Positions 21,337 through 30,893 of a stretch of DNA of 64,000 nt are shown piece by piece. The notes beneath the pieces are model-generated. The model ran no database searches. It saw only the letters and a program-made list of their open reading frames with translations, and was not told the DNA's origin. Each line of letters begins with the position of its first letter. Within the stretch, counting starts at the first letter, position 1. The DNA is taken from assembly GCA_041393395.1 (NCBI GenBank), contig JAWKKG010000002.1:14151-78150 (forward strand), given 5' to 3'. Made by a program: the position numbers and the translations under genes. This DNA is from a bacterium (GTDB taxonomy: Bacteria > ARS69).

Positions 21337-21682
21337 GAGCGTCGCTCGCGGCGTGAGGAGCGACCGGCGACGTGGGAGCGAACCCGATCGGCGTGTTCTC
21401 GTCGCGCCCCGGGAGCTTGATGGTCCCGTGCTTGTCCTCGAACGCGGACAAGTTCCGCTCCAGCAGCTCCTGGAAGGCCTTCGCGTGTTGCGGCGTCATC
21501 ACGACACGCGCATACACCTTTCCCTTGCGGACCCCGGGCAGTGCGCGCGCGAAGTCGAGCACGAACTCGGAGGGCGAGTGGGTCACGAACATCAGGTTCG
21601 AGTACTGCCCCTCGGCGACCTCGTCCGGCAGCTCCACCTGGAACTGGGGCGCCGGTGTGCGTGGCGGCGGATTCTGGCTCAT
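21326..21682 (-). CDS. DUF3467-family small protein
   Basis: 'YSNLMFVTHSPSEFVLDFA...VYARVVMTPQHAKAFQELLERNLSAFE' conserved core. Overlaps the GH57 start by 11 nt. Confidence 0.65.
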   Translation of the reverse strand: MSQNPPPRTPAPQFQVELPDEVAEGQYSNLMFVTHSPSEFVLDFARALPGVRKGKVYARVVMTPQHAKAFQELLERNLSAFEDKHGTIKLPGRDENTPIGFAPTSPVAPHAASDAHGA

Positions 21683-21754
21683 GCTTCCTCCCTCAGGCGC
21701 GGCACGATACCCGGGCGGGGCGGAACCGGCAACGCGGCTTCCCCCCGCCGACGT

Positions 21755-23500
21755 TCATCGCAGGAGCAACACCTTGCCGGTGCCGTGGATCCCGTTGCGG
21801 ACGCGAAAGAAGTACATCCCGGCCGGAACCGGCGCTCCCGCGTCGTTCGTTCCGTCCCAGCGCGCCGCGCGACCCGCGTCGACCAGCGACGACGCGTCCA
21901 GCGTGCGCACCCGGCGACCCGTCGCGTCGTGCACGGTGATGATCACGTCGTCGGGCGCGGAACCCTCGAACGTGAGCTGCAGCGACACGCCCGACAGTCG
22001 AGCGGGCAGCCACGGGTTCGGCGTGGCGTACGGGAGCGCGACCTCGATCTCCGTGTTCGTCACCGTGAAAGTCGCCGATGCCGAAGTCGCCCCCGACGAG
22101 TGCACCACGACCTCCACTCCGCTCTCCGATTCATCGAAGAGATGCGAGTTCGGCACGCTCGACTCGTCGAACACGCTCTGCGCGCCCGGCCACGGATCCG
22201 TGATCCCCGTGGTCAGTGCGAGGTCCGCGTCCTGGGGCTCCAGCGTGAGCAGGCCACCGCCGTCGGCGTAGGCGGACGCGCGATTCGTCACGCGGCCCTC
22301 GTCCACGTGGTACAGAAGCACCCCGCTCCCGGGAAGTCCCGCGTCCCACCCGGTGGGGGTGCGCATCTCGGCGAGGAAGAACTCGCCCGATCCGGGATCC
22401 CCGCTCCGCCAGTCCACGTCGCCGGGATTGGAGCGGAGCTGCACCGCGCTGCCGCCGGTCGCGATCGGTGTCAACGTTCGCGACGCGGTGATCGTCCGGC
22501 CGGGATCGGCCGCCAGCACTTCCGGCAGGTTCCAGTCCAGGTAAGCCCGGGACCACGCGGAGAACGAGCCCGGCAGCGCGCCCGGGGCCGCCGTCTCCGC
22601 GACGCCGCGCACTCGATTCCAGGTGCCGTAGTCCATGAGGTCCCATTGGCCCACGCGGTCCTCGAAGGTCTCCGTGTCGTAGAAATCCGGCAGCCCGAGG
22701 ACGTGACCGAACTCGTGGCAGTAGACGCCGATCGTGGCGATCGAGTCCGCCCACAGGGGCGCCACGGTCGGGCGCACGAGCTGGAGCTCGGGGCAGGTGA
22801 AGTAGTCGGCGACGCGAGGCTGACCGGAGCCGAAGTTCCCGTCGACCACGGACCACTTGTGGGAGTTGATCGCGAAGAGATCGGTCTCCGGCGTCAGCGC
22901 GGACGAGACGGCCCACTCGTAGCCCTGACCCGAGTGGATCACGAGAAGCGCGTCCACCACGCCGTCTCCGTTCGCGTCGTAGTCGGAGAGGTCGAGGCCT
23001 CCGGTCACGGCCGCCTGCACCGCATCTTCCGTCATGCGCTGGCCGTTGTTCGGATACGGGCCGACGCCCGCGCCGTTCGTGCCGCCGGAATAGAAGGACT
23101 GGGTCTCGGGCAGCGTGACCCAGCCCCAGACGTCGCCGGTGACGGACAGCGCTCCGTCCGACAGGTCCTCGTAGAAGCGGCGGAACGTGAAGCCCGTGGT
23201 TCCGAACAGGTGGCTCTCGAAGCGCGCGGGCGCGATGCGGGCGGGGCGGTCCGGATACTGGGCGAGGATCACGAGCAGGTGGACGCTGCCGGTCGGGTCG
23301 ACGGTCGCCCGGCTGGTGCCGCGTGCAATGACGGGCGGGACGGAACGCTCGGCCGGGAGGGCCGCGAGCTCGCGAAAAGGAGCCGCCACGCAATCCGGGA
23401 CCCCATCTCCGGGATCCGCGATCGCTCCACGCGCCGAGCCGGGCCCGAGCCCGAGCCCCAAGAGCATCACGACGAGAGTCCTCGTGTGGCGTGCCGTCAT
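21755..23500 (-). CDS. Secreted M6-family (immune inhibitor A-like) zinc metalloprotease with T9SS-type/FlgD-Ig-like C-terminal sorting domain
   Basis: Signal peptide. Zincin 'HEFGHVLGLPDFYD'. C-terminal ~80 aa 'DVIITVHDATGRRVRTL...WDGTNDAGAPVPAGMYFFRVRNG...KVLLLR'. Confidence 0.8.
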   Translation of the reverse strand: MTARHTRTLVVMLLGLGLGPGSARGAIADPGDGVPDCVAAPFRELAALPAERSVPPVIARGTSRATVDPTGSVHLLVILAQYPDRPARIAPARFESHLFGTTGFTFRRFYEDLSDGALSVTGDVWGWVTLPETQSFYSGGTNGAGVGPYPNNGQRMTEDAVQAAVTGGLDLSDYDANGDGVVDALLVIHSGQGYEWAVSSALTPETDLFAINSHKWSVVDGNFGSGQPRVADYFTCPELQLVRPTVAPLWADSIATIGVYCHEFGHVLGLPDFYDTETFEDRVGQWDLMDYGTWNRVRGVAETAAPGALPGSFSAWSRAYLDWNLPEVLAADPGRTITASRTLTPIATGGSAVQLRSNPGDVDWRSGDPGSGEFFLAEMRTPTGWDAGLPGSGVLLYHVDEGRVTNRASAYADGGGLLTLEPQDADLALTTGITDPWPGAQSVFDESSVPNSHLFDESESGVEVVVHSSGATSASATFTVTNTEIEVALPYATPNPWLPARLSGVSLQLTFEGSAPDDVIITVHDATGRRVRTLDASSLVDAGRAARWDGTNDAGAPVPAGMYFFRVRNGIHGTGKVLLLR

Positions 23501-23727
23501 CTTCCCCTCCCGTGACCGCCTGTCGTCACGATACGCCCGCGACGCGAAGGCCGCCAGGACACCTCCGGATCATCGGTCCCGGGGGCTGCGCGGCCGAGCG
23601 GGTCGGGCCGCCTTGACGGTACTTTCCCGCCGGTGATAGCTTGCGGGGTCTTTTGCGGCCGTTTTGCCCGTTGAAATGCCCTCGTCGGGACGTTCCCGGG
23701 ATCCCCGCGGCCCTTTGGGAGACCCGC

Positions 23728-24774
23728 ATGACGCCTCCGCTCCTGAGTCCGGGCGAGTTCCGGGAGCTCGCGGCCCGGTTCGCCGAGCGTCCGATCGTCG
23801 TCCTCGGCGACGTGATGCTCGACGAGTACGTCTGGGGCGAGGCGAGCCGGATCTCCCCCGAGGCGCCCGTCGCGATCGTCGAGGTCGAGCGGGAGACGCT
23901 CCGGCTCGGCGGCGCGGCGAACGTCGCGCGGAACATCGCGTCGCTGGGCGGCCGCGTGGAGCTGCTCGCGCTCGTGGGGGAGGACGCCCGGGCGGAGTCG
24001 CTCGCCGAGGCCCTGGAGGCGGAAGGCATCGCGGCGAACGGCCTGCTCGCGGATCCCGATCGCCCCACCACGCTGAAGACCCGCATCGTCGCCTCGCGCC
24101 AGCAGATCGTGCGCGTGGACCGCGAGAGCCGGGCTCCGTTGACCGGCAAGCTCCGCGAACGCTTCGTGGACTCGCTGATGGCGCGACTCGATACCGCCGG
24201 CGGCGTGCTCGTCTCGGACTACGGCAAGGGTGTGGTGGATCTGCCGATGATGGAACTCGTCGCGCGGGAGGCGCGGGCGCGCGAAATCTTCGTCGCCGTG
24301 GATCCGAAGGAGTCGCACTTCTATCTGTATCGTCACGTCTCGATCGTGACGCCGAACGTGCACGAGGCGTCGCGGGCCGCGCGACTCGAGATTCGCGGCA
24401 CGAGAAACCTCGAGGAGGCAGGACGCAAGCTGCTCGCGGAGCTGGAATCGGATGCGCTGCTGATCACGCGCGGCCCCGAGGGCATGTCGCTTTTCCGCAC
24501 GGATCGCGAGACCACGCACATTCCGGTGATGGCACGCGAGGTCTACGACGTCACGGGCGCCGGTGACACGGTGATCGCCACGCTCACGCTGGCGGCGGTG
24601 GCCGGCGCGTCCCTGGAGCACGCGGCGGCGCTGTCGAACGCGGCGGCGGCGGTCGTGGTGGGTGAGGTCGGGACGGCGGCGGTCACGCCGGACGAGCTGG
24701 AGATGTCCCTTTCGTTCGGATATCCGAAGCCGTCGGAGCGCGCCGGGGCTCGCGAGAGGGAGAAGGCGCGTTGA
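23728..24774 (+). CDS. D-glycero-beta-D-manno-heptose-7-phosphate kinase (HldE domain I / RfaE1, PfkB fold) as a separate gene
   Basis: 'VVLGDVMLDEYVWGE', 'VTGAGDTVIATL'. Confidence 0.85.
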   Translation: MTPPLLSPGEFRELAARFAERPIVVLGDVMLDEYVWGEASRISPEAPVAIVEVERETLRLGGAANVARNIASLGGRVELLALVGEDARAESLAEALEAEGIAANGLLADPDRPTTLKTRIVASRQQIVRVDRESRAPLTGKLRERFVDSLMARLDTAGGVLVSDYGKGVVDLPMMELVAREARAREIFVAVDPKESHFYLYRHVSIVTPNVHEASRAARLEIRGTRNLEEAGRKLLAELESDALLITRGPEGMSLFRTDRETTHIPVMAREVYDVTGAGDTVIATLTLAAVAGASLEHAAALSNAAAAVVVGEVGTAAVTPDELEMSLSFGYPKPSERAGAREREKAR

Positions 24775-25295
24775 ACGCGGAGGGCTCCCCGAAGGTCGGA
24801 GCGCTCGCGGAGATCGTGGCGTGGCGGAAGGTCGCCTCGGATCACGGCGAGAAGGTCGTGCTCACGAACGGCTGCTTCGACCTGATCCACCGCGGGCACG
24901 TGGAGTTGTTGCGCGAGGCGAAGGCACAGGGTGATCGCCTCGTGGTGGCGCTGAACGACGACGACTCCGTCCATCGCCTCAAGGGGCCGACCCGGCCGCT
25001 CGTGCGCCAGGAGGATCGGGCGGAAGTCGTGGCGGCGCTGGAGATGGTGGATCGTGTCGTCTTCTTCGGGGAGGACACGCCGGCCCGCGTGATCGAGGCG
25101 ATCCGCCCCGACGTGCTGGTCAAGGGCGCGGACTACGAGCTCGGCGAGATCGTCGGCCGGGACTTCGTGGAGAGCATCGGAGGGCGCGTTCACCGCGTGG
25201 CCCTCCGCGAAGGACGTTCCACTCGGGGCATCGTGCAGATCGTGCTGGAGAGGTTCGGCGCCCGCGCGCCGGAGGTCGGAAAGGAGAACCGATGA
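24771..25295 (+). CDS. D-glycero-beta-D-manno-heptose-1-phosphate adenylyltransferase (HldE domain II / RfaE2) as a separate gene
   Basis: Cytidylyltransferase fold 'VLTNGCFDLIHRGHVELLREAK'. TTGA overlap with the kinase stop. Confidence 0.85.
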   Translation: MNAEGSPKVGALAEIVAWRKVASDHGEKVVLTNGCFDLIHRGHVELLREAKAQGDRLVVALNDDDSVHRLKGPTRPLVRQEDRAEVVAALEMVDRVVFFGEDTPARVIEAIRPDVLVKGADYELGEIVGRDFVESIGGRVHRVALREGRSTRGIVQIVLERFGARAPEVGKENR

Positions 25296-26452
25296 ACCTT
25301 CACGAGTACCAGGGGCGCGACCTGTTCGCCTCCTACGGCATCCCGGTCCTGCCGGGCGAAGTCGCGACCACTCCCGCGGAGGCGAAGGACGCGGCGAAGC
25401 GTCTCGGCGGGCACGTGGTGGTGAAAGCCCAGGTCCACGCCGGTGGCCGCGGCAAGGCCGGCGGCGTGAAGCTGGCGGACAACCCGGATCAGGCGGCCGA
25501 CGTCGCGCAGGCGATCCTCAAGCTGAAGATCAAGGACCTTCCGGTCCGCAAGGTGCTCGTCGCGAAGGCGTCGGAGATCAAGAGCGAGGCCTACTTCGGC
25601 ATCACGCTCGATCGCGCCGCGCGTCGGCCGGTGGTGATCGTGTCGGCGGCGGGCGGCGTGGATATCGAGGAGGTCGCGGCGAAGACACCGGACAAGGTGA
25701 TCCGTCATCACGTGAATCCCAAGACGGGACTCACGGAGGCGGAGGCGCTCGACATCGCGGGACGGGTGTACTCGAACGCCGATCATGCGAAGCAGGCGGC
25801 GGACATCCTTCTCAAGCTCTGGAAGGTGACGAGCGAGAAGGACACGTCGCTCGTGGAGATCAACCCGCTGGTCGTGGACGGCCACGACAAGGTGCTCGCA
25901 CTCGACTCGAAGGTCGTGCTGGATGACAACGGCCTGTTCCGCCACCCGGATCTCGAGGAGCTGCGCGATCCGGACAGCGAGACGAAGTGGGAGCGGATGG
26001 CGCGCGAGATGGGACTGTCGTACGTGAAGCTCGACGGAAACGTCGGCTGCTGCGTGAACGGCGCCGGGCTCGCGATGGCCACGATGGATCTCATCAAGTA
26101 CTACGGCGGCGATCCCGCGAACTTCCTCGACATCGGCGGCAGCAGCTCGCCGGAGAAGGTCCTCACGGCGATGAAGATCATCCTCGCCGACAAGAACGTG
26201 AAGTCGATCGTGTTCAACATCTTCGGCGGGATCACGCGCTGCGACGACGTCGCGCGCGGAATCGTGGAGGCCGTGAAGAAGGGCAAGATCGAGCACCCGA
26301 TCGTGGTCCGGCTCACGGGCACGAACGAGGAAGAGGCGCGCAAGATCCTGGACGAATCGGACGTCGAGGTGACGCCGGCGAAGACGATGGACGAAGTCGT
26401 GCAGCTCGGCATTCGCGCCGCGCTGCGTAGCAAGATCGACAGCGTGAGCTGA
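25292..26452 (+). CDS. sucC: Succinate--CoA ligase [ADP-forming] beta subunit
   Basis: '[19 protein letters not shown]', ATP-grasp, '[18 protein letters not shown]'. Confidence 0.95.
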   Translation: MNLHEYQGRDLFASYGIPVLPGEVATTPAEAKDAAKRLGGHVVVKAQVHAGGRGKAGGVKLADNPDQAADVAQAILKLKIKDLPVRKVLVAKASEIKSEAYFGITLDRAARRPVVIVSAAGGVDIEEVAAKTPDKVIRHHVNPKTGLTEAEALDIAGRVYSNADHAKQAADILLKLWKVTSEKDTSLVEINPLVVDGHDKVLALDSKVVLDDNGLFRHPDLEELRDPDSETKWERMAREMGLSYVKLDGNVGCCVNGAGLAMATMDLIKYYGGDPANFLDIGGSSSPEKVLTAMKIILADKNVKSIVFNIFGGITRCDDVARGIVEAVKKGKIEHPIVVRLTGTNEEEARKILDESDVEVTPAKTMDEVVQLGIRAALRSKIDSVS

Positions 26453-26464
26453 CGGAGGACGAGC

Positions 26465-27337
26465 ATGGGAATCCTGGTAAACAAGGACACGAAGCTGCTC
26501 GTCCAGGGCATCACCGGTCGAGACGGCTCGTTCCACACCGAGAAGATGATCGAGTACGGCACGAACGTCGTGGGTGGTGTGACGCCGAAGAAGGGTGGCC
26601 AGCAGATCTTCGGCAAGCCGGTGTTCGACACGGTGAAGCAGGCCGTGGCGGAGACGGGCGCGAACGCGACGGTGATCTACGTTCCGCCGGCGTTCGCGGC
26701 GGGCGCCGTGATCGAGGCGATCGAGGCGGGCATCCCGTTCATCACCTGCATCACCGAAGGCGTTCCGGTGAACGACATGGTGAACGTCTGGGCGGCGGTC
26801 GAGGGATCCGGCTCGCGCCTGCTCGGTCCGAACTGTCCGGGCGTGATCACGCCGGGCGAGTGCAAGGTCGGCATCATGCCGGGCCACATCCACCAGCCGG
26901 GCAAGGTCGGGGTGGTGAGTCGCAGCGGCACGCTCACGTACGAGGTCGTGGATCAGCTGACGCGCGTGGGTCTCGGCCAGTCGAGCTGTGTCGGCATCGG
27001 CGGCGATCCGATCATCGGCACGAAGTTCATCGACGTGCTGGGCCTGTTCGAGAACGATCCGCAGACCGAGTACATCGTGATGATCGGCGAGATCGGCGGA
27101 TCCGACGAAGAGATCGCGGCGGAGTTCATCCAGGAGAAGGTCACGAAGCCGGTCGTCTCCTTCATCGCCGGTTCGTCGGCGCCTCCCGGCCGCCGGATGG
27201 GCCACGCGGGCGCGATCGTGTCGGGCGGCAGCGGGAAGGCCGAGGACAAGGTCGAGGCGCTCACCAAGGCCGGGGTGAAGGTCGCGGTTACGCCGACCGA
27301 GATCGGCAACCTGGTCGCGAACATGGTGTCGGTATAG
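26465..27337 (+). CDS. sucD: Succinate--CoA ligase alpha subunit
   Basis: '[16 protein letters not shown]', phosphohistidine loop '[10 protein letters not shown]'. Confidence 0.95.
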   Translation: MGILVNKDTKLLVQGITGRDGSFHTEKMIEYGTNVVGGVTPKKGGQQIFGKPVFDTVKQAVAETGANATVIYVPPAFAAGAVIEAIEAGIPFITCITEGVPVNDMVNVWAAVEGSGSRLLGPNCPGVITPGECKVGIMPGHIHQPGKVGVVSRSGTLTYEVVDQLTRVGLGQSSCVGIGGDPIIGTKFIDVLGLFENDPQTEYIVMIGEIGGSDEEIAAEFIQEKVTKPVVSFIAGSSAPPGRRMGHAGAIVSGGSGKAEDKVEALTKAGVKVAVTPTEIGNLVANMVSV

Positions 27338-27509
27338 CTTGACCGACCGCAACGGGGCGCCGGGCCGGGATCTCCCGGCCCGCCCCCGAGGCGACAGAAT
27401 AGACGGATCGAGAGGAGAGGTCTCGGATCGGCCGGCCCCCGCCGGGCACCGCAGGCCCGGAATCCCGTATTGCTCGGGCCCCCGTGGGTCGCGAGGGAAG
27501 GAGTCGAAC

Positions 27510-27938
27510 GTGGCCGTCGAGCGGACCCTGCTGATCATCAAGCCGGACGCGGTCCGGGCCGGAAACATGGGCAACATCCTCGCGATGCTGGAGGGCGAGG
27601 GGGGCTTCAAGGTCCTGGCTCTGCGGATGGAGCATCTGAACAAGGACTCGGCCGGCAAGTTCTACGCCGTCCACAAGGAGCGCCCGTTCTACGGAGAGCT
27701 CGTGGAGTTCATGACCTCGGGCCCGTGCGTGCCGATGGTCCTGGAGCGGGAGAACGCGATCCTGGGTCTCCGCGACTTCATCGGAGCCACCGACCCGGCC
27801 GAGGCCCGAGAGGGCACCGTGCGGAAGCGCTACGCCGGCAGCAAGGCGGAGAATGCCGTCCACGCGTCGGATTCCCCGGAATCGGCGGCCACGGAGATCC
27901 CGCACTTCTTCCCGGAGATGACGGCCCGCGTCGGCTGA
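27510..27938 (+). CDS. ndk: Nucleoside diphosphate kinase
   Basis: '[12 protein letters not shown]', '[12 protein letters not shown]' (active-site His). GTG start preceded by 'ggaaggag'. Confidence 0.9.
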   Translation: MAVERTLLIIKPDAVRAGNMGNILAMLEGEGGFKVLALRMEHLNKDSAGKFYAVHKERPFYGELVEFMTSGPCVPMVLERENAILGLRDFIGATDPAEAREGTVRKRYAGSKAENAVHASDSPESAATEIPHFFPEMTARVG

Positions 27939-28054
27939 CCCGGCGAGGTCCGGCCCGAATCCCGGCCTCCGGTCGCCCCCCCAGGGGCCGGCCGGAGGCC
28001 GCGGATCTTCCCGGGGGAGCGTCGTTTCCGCCCTTTTCCACCGTCCCTTCCGGT

Positions 28055-28083
28055 TTGACACGAATGGAACCTGTCCGTAATCT
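28055..28083 (+). promoter_or_regulatory. Near-consensus sigma70-like motif TTGACA-17 nt-TAATCT straddling the yceD start codon
   Basis: -35 TTGACA at 28055-28060 and -10-like TAATCT at 28078-28083, separated by a 17-nt spacer. The yceD ATG (28064) lies inside the spacer. Confidence 0.25.
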
Positions 28084-28648
28084 CGTCGCCGGATCGACCC
28101 GGGTCGATCTGCGTGCGCTGCAGGAAGGCACGTATCCGCTGATTCTCGAAGAGAGCGCGGCTTCCCTCGAGATCGATCCGGCGTCGTCGCTCGCGATGAC
28201 GGAGTTCCGGTTCGAAGGGGAACTCGTGTGGCTCCACGAGGATCGTCGGGTTCGTGGCTTGCTGTCCGGAACCCTGTCGTCGGTCTGCGACCGGTGTCTC
28301 GGAAAGTTCACGCGGGAGATCGGAGCCGAGGTGGAAGCCCGGATCCGGATCCCGACGACGGCGTCGGCTCCGCCGACTTCCGTCGACCGGGGGACTCCGG
28401 AGGTGAGTCCGGAGGAATTCGTGGCGGTCGAGCCGGATCAACCGGAGCTCGATCTCGCGGAGACCTTCCGGTCCGCCGTCCTGCTCGAGGTCCCCATCAA
28501 GAACGTGTGTCGTGAAGACTGTCGCGGTCTGTGCCCGGTGTGCGGGACGAACCGCAACGAAACGTCCTGCACCTGTGTGACGGAGAACACGGACCCGCGC
28601 TGGGATGCGCTCAAGGGACTCCGTTTCGATCCGCACCGCGAGGAATGA
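28064..28648 (+). CDS. yceD: DUF177 / YceD family protein (large-subunit rRNA accumulation), upstream of rpmF
   Basis: C-terminal Cys cluster 'CREDCRGLCPVCGTNRNETSCTC'. Conserved yceD-rpmF-plsX synteny. Confidence 0.8.
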   Translation: MEPVRNLVAGSTRVDLRALQEGTYPLILEESAASLEIDPASSLAMTEFRFEGELVWLHEDRRVRGLLSGTLSSVCDRCLGKFTREIGAEVEARIRIPTTASAPPTSVDRGTPEVSPEEFVAVEPDQPELDLAETFRSAVLLEVPIKNVCREDCRGLCPVCGTNRNETSCTCVTENTDPRWDALKGLRFDPHREE

Positions 28649-28651
28649 ACG

Positions 28652-28837
28652 ATGGCTCTTCCCAAGTATCGAATCGGGCGGACGCGCCGCCTCAAGCGGC
28701 GTTCCCACCACGCGCTCGGCGTACCGGCGAGAAACCAGTGCCCCGAGTGCGGCCAGACGAAGCAGCCGCATCGCGTCTGCATGCACTGCGGCTACTACGC
28801 CGGCCGCAAGGTCATGGCGGGCAAGGACGACGCGTAG
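28652..28837 (+). CDS. rpmF: 50S ribosomal protein L32
   Basis: 'MALPKYRIGRTRRLKRRSHHAL...CPECGQTKQPHRVC..CGYY'. Confidence 0.95.
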   Translation: MALPKYRIGRTRRLKRRSHHALGVPARNQCPECGQTKQPHRVCMHCGYYAGRKVMAGKDDA

Positions 28838-28882
28838 TCACCCTTCACGGGCGGACGCCCTACGGGGCGCGGGGTTGACGGG

Positions 28883-29905
28883 ATGAGGATCGTGGTCGAC
28901 GCGATGGGCGGAGACAACGCGCCCGCCGTCGAGGTGGAAGGCGCGCTCGAGGCCCTGCGTCACGCGGAGTCGGATCTCGCCATTTGCCTCGTGGGAGACG
29001 AGACGTCGATCCGGCGGGAGCTCGATCGCCTGGGCTTCCGCGGGGACTCCCGTCTCACGGTGGAGCACGCCCCCGAGAAGATCGACATGGGGGGCGAGGA
29101 TCCGGCCCGGCAGGTGCGCAAGAAGAAGGGCGCCTCGATCACCGTGGCCACGCGACTCCTGCGGGAGGGGCAGGCCGACGGTCTCGTGAGCGCCGGCAAC
29201 ACGGGCGCCGTGGTCGCCTCCGCGCTGCTCACGCTCGGCCGCATCCGCGGTGTGCGTCGCCCGGGAATCGCCACCGTGCTGCCGAGTCCGAGCGGCGGCG
29301 CCGTCATCCTGGACGTCGGCGCGAATTCCGATTGCTCCCCGCGCAACCTGCTCCAGTTCGCGACCATGGGAGCGATCTACGCCCGCAAGGTGCTCGGCCG
29401 GACCGAGCCGCGGGTCGGCCTCCTCAACATCGGGGAGGAGAAGTCGAAGGGGAACAAGGTCGTGCAGGAAGCCCACAAGCTCCTCGAGGAGAGTTCGCTC
29501 CGTTTCGTCGGCAACGTCGAGGGGCGGGACATCTTCCACGGCGCCACCGACGTGGTCGTGTGCGACGGCTTCGTCGGCAACGTCGTGCTGAAGTTCTCGG
29601 AGAGCGTGATCTCGCTGATCACGAATCTCGCGAAGGAGGAGATCGGGCACGATCTGCGGGGCAAGCTGGGTGCGCTGATGCTGCGTCCCTCGTTCCGCAA
29701 CATCTCGCGCGTCCTGAGCTACGACGAGTACGGCGGCGCGCCCCTTCTCGGTATCGACGGAATCGTCATCATCGCGCACGGCAAGTCCACGGTGAAGGCG
29801 ATCCGCAATGCGATCCTCGTGGCGGTGCGCTTCGCCCGGGAGCGTATCAACGACACGATTCGCGATGAACTGCAGGAGCAGAGCCTTGGCCAAGTACCTG
29901 CCTGA
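28883..29905 (+). CDS. plsX: Phosphate acyltransferase PlsX
   Basis: 'MRIVVDAMGGDNAP', 'GNTGAVVASALL'. Confidence 0.95.
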   Translation: MRIVVDAMGGDNAPAVEVEGALEALRHAESDLAICLVGDETSIRRELDRLGFRGDSRLTVEHAPEKIDMGGEDPARQVRKKKGASITVATRLLREGQADGLVSAGNTGAVVASALLTLGRIRGVRRPGIATVLPSPSGGAVILDVGANSDCSPRNLLQFATMGAIYARKVLGRTEPRVGLLNIGEEKSKGNKVVQEAHKLLEESSLRFVGNVEGRDIFHGATDVVVCDGFVGNVVLKFSESVISLITNLAKEEIGHDLRGKLGALMLRPSFRNISRVLSYDEYGGAPLLGIDGIVIIAHGKSTVKAIRNAILVAVRFARERINDTIRDELQEQSLGQVPA

Positions 29906-30884
29906 TCCCGCGGTCGGCATCGTCGGGATCGGATCCGACGCGCCGTCGCGCCTCCTGACGAACCAGGACCTCGAGAAGATCGTCGACACTTCGGACGAGT
30001 GGATCGTGGAGCGGACGGGGATCCGCAAGCGGCACATCGCGGACGAGAACACGACGACGCGCACGCTGTCGACGAACGCCGCGCGCCGCGCCCTGGACGA
30101 CGCCGGCGTCGACGCGGCCGACGTGGACCTCGTGATCGTGGGCACGGCCACGCCGGACATGTACTTCCCGTCCACGGCGTGCCTCGTGCAGAGCGACCTG
30201 GGGGCGCACAAAGCGGCCGCGTTCGATCTCTCCGCGGCGTGCTCCGGCTTCATCTACGGGTTGAACGTGGCGGCCGGGATGATCCGCAACGGGACGCACG
30301 AGACCGCGCTGGTGATCGGGGCGGAGACGCTCACGAAGATCGTGGACTTCGAGGACCGCGGAACCTGCGTCCTCTTCGGCGACGGGGCCGGCGCCGCGGT
30401 CGTGCGTCGCGTGGAGAAGGGAACCGGCATCCTGGCGACCCGCATCCAGTCGGACGGCGATCAGGGCGAGATGCTGAAGCTTCCCGCGGGCGGATCGCGC
30501 CAGCCGGCGACGCACGAGACCGTCGATCAGCGCCTGCACTTCATCAAGATGAACGGCAACAACGTCTTCAAGTCCGCGGTGCGGGCGATGTCCGACGCGC
30601 TGCTGGCGGGCCTCGAGGATGCCGGGCTGACCGCGGACGACGTGGACCTGTTCATTCCGCACCAGGCGAACATCCGGATCATCGAGGGTGTGGCGAAGCG
30701 CGCGGCGATCCCGATGGATCGCGTGTTCGTGAACGTGGAGGAGTGGGGCAACACGTCCGCGGCGTCGATCCCGATCGCGATCGACGAGGCGCGACAGTCC
30801 GGGCGCCTGAAGGCCGGCCAGACGGCGGCGTTCGTCGCGTTCGGCGCGGGCTTCACCTGGGGCTCGGCCGTGGTGAGGTTCTAG
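29865..30884 (+). CDS. fabH: 3-oxoacyl-ACP synthase III
   Basis: Catalytic Cys in 'DLSAACSGFIYGL'. 'HQANIRII' His. 'AFGAGFTWGSAVV' Asn region. Start codon uncertain: ATG 29865 overlaps plsX by 40 nt, and a later TTG is also possible. Confidence 0.85.
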   Translation: MNCRSRALAKYLPDPAVGIVGIGSDAPSRLLTNQDLEKIVDTSDEWIVERTGIRKRHIADENTTTRTLSTNAARRALDDAGVDAADVDLVIVGTATPDMYFPSTACLVQSDLGAHKAAAFDLSAACSGFIYGLNVAAGMIRNGTHETALVIGAETLTKIVDFEDRGTCVLFGDGAGAAVVRRVEKGTGILATRIQSDGDQGEMLKLPAGGSRQPATHETVDQRLHFIKMNGNNVFKSAVRAMSDALLAGLEDAGLTADDVDLFIPHQANIRIIEGVAKRAAIPMDRVFVNVEEWGNTSAASIPIAIDEARQSGRLKAGQTAAFVAFGAGFTWGSAVVRF

Positions 30885-30893
30885 GAGGTTCGC

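Noticed and set aside
21335-23515. 726-aa plus-strand ORF and 420-aa minus ORF (22131..23393) over the M6 protease locus
   Set aside because: Alternative frames. The minus-strand frame 21755..23500 carries the HEFGH zincin motif, signal peptide and CTD.
23600-23727. Possible sigma70 promoter (TTGACG ... TAGCTT) upstream of the heptose kinase gene
   Set aside because: The -10 match is poor (3/6) and the spacer is ambiguous. Not reported as a feature.
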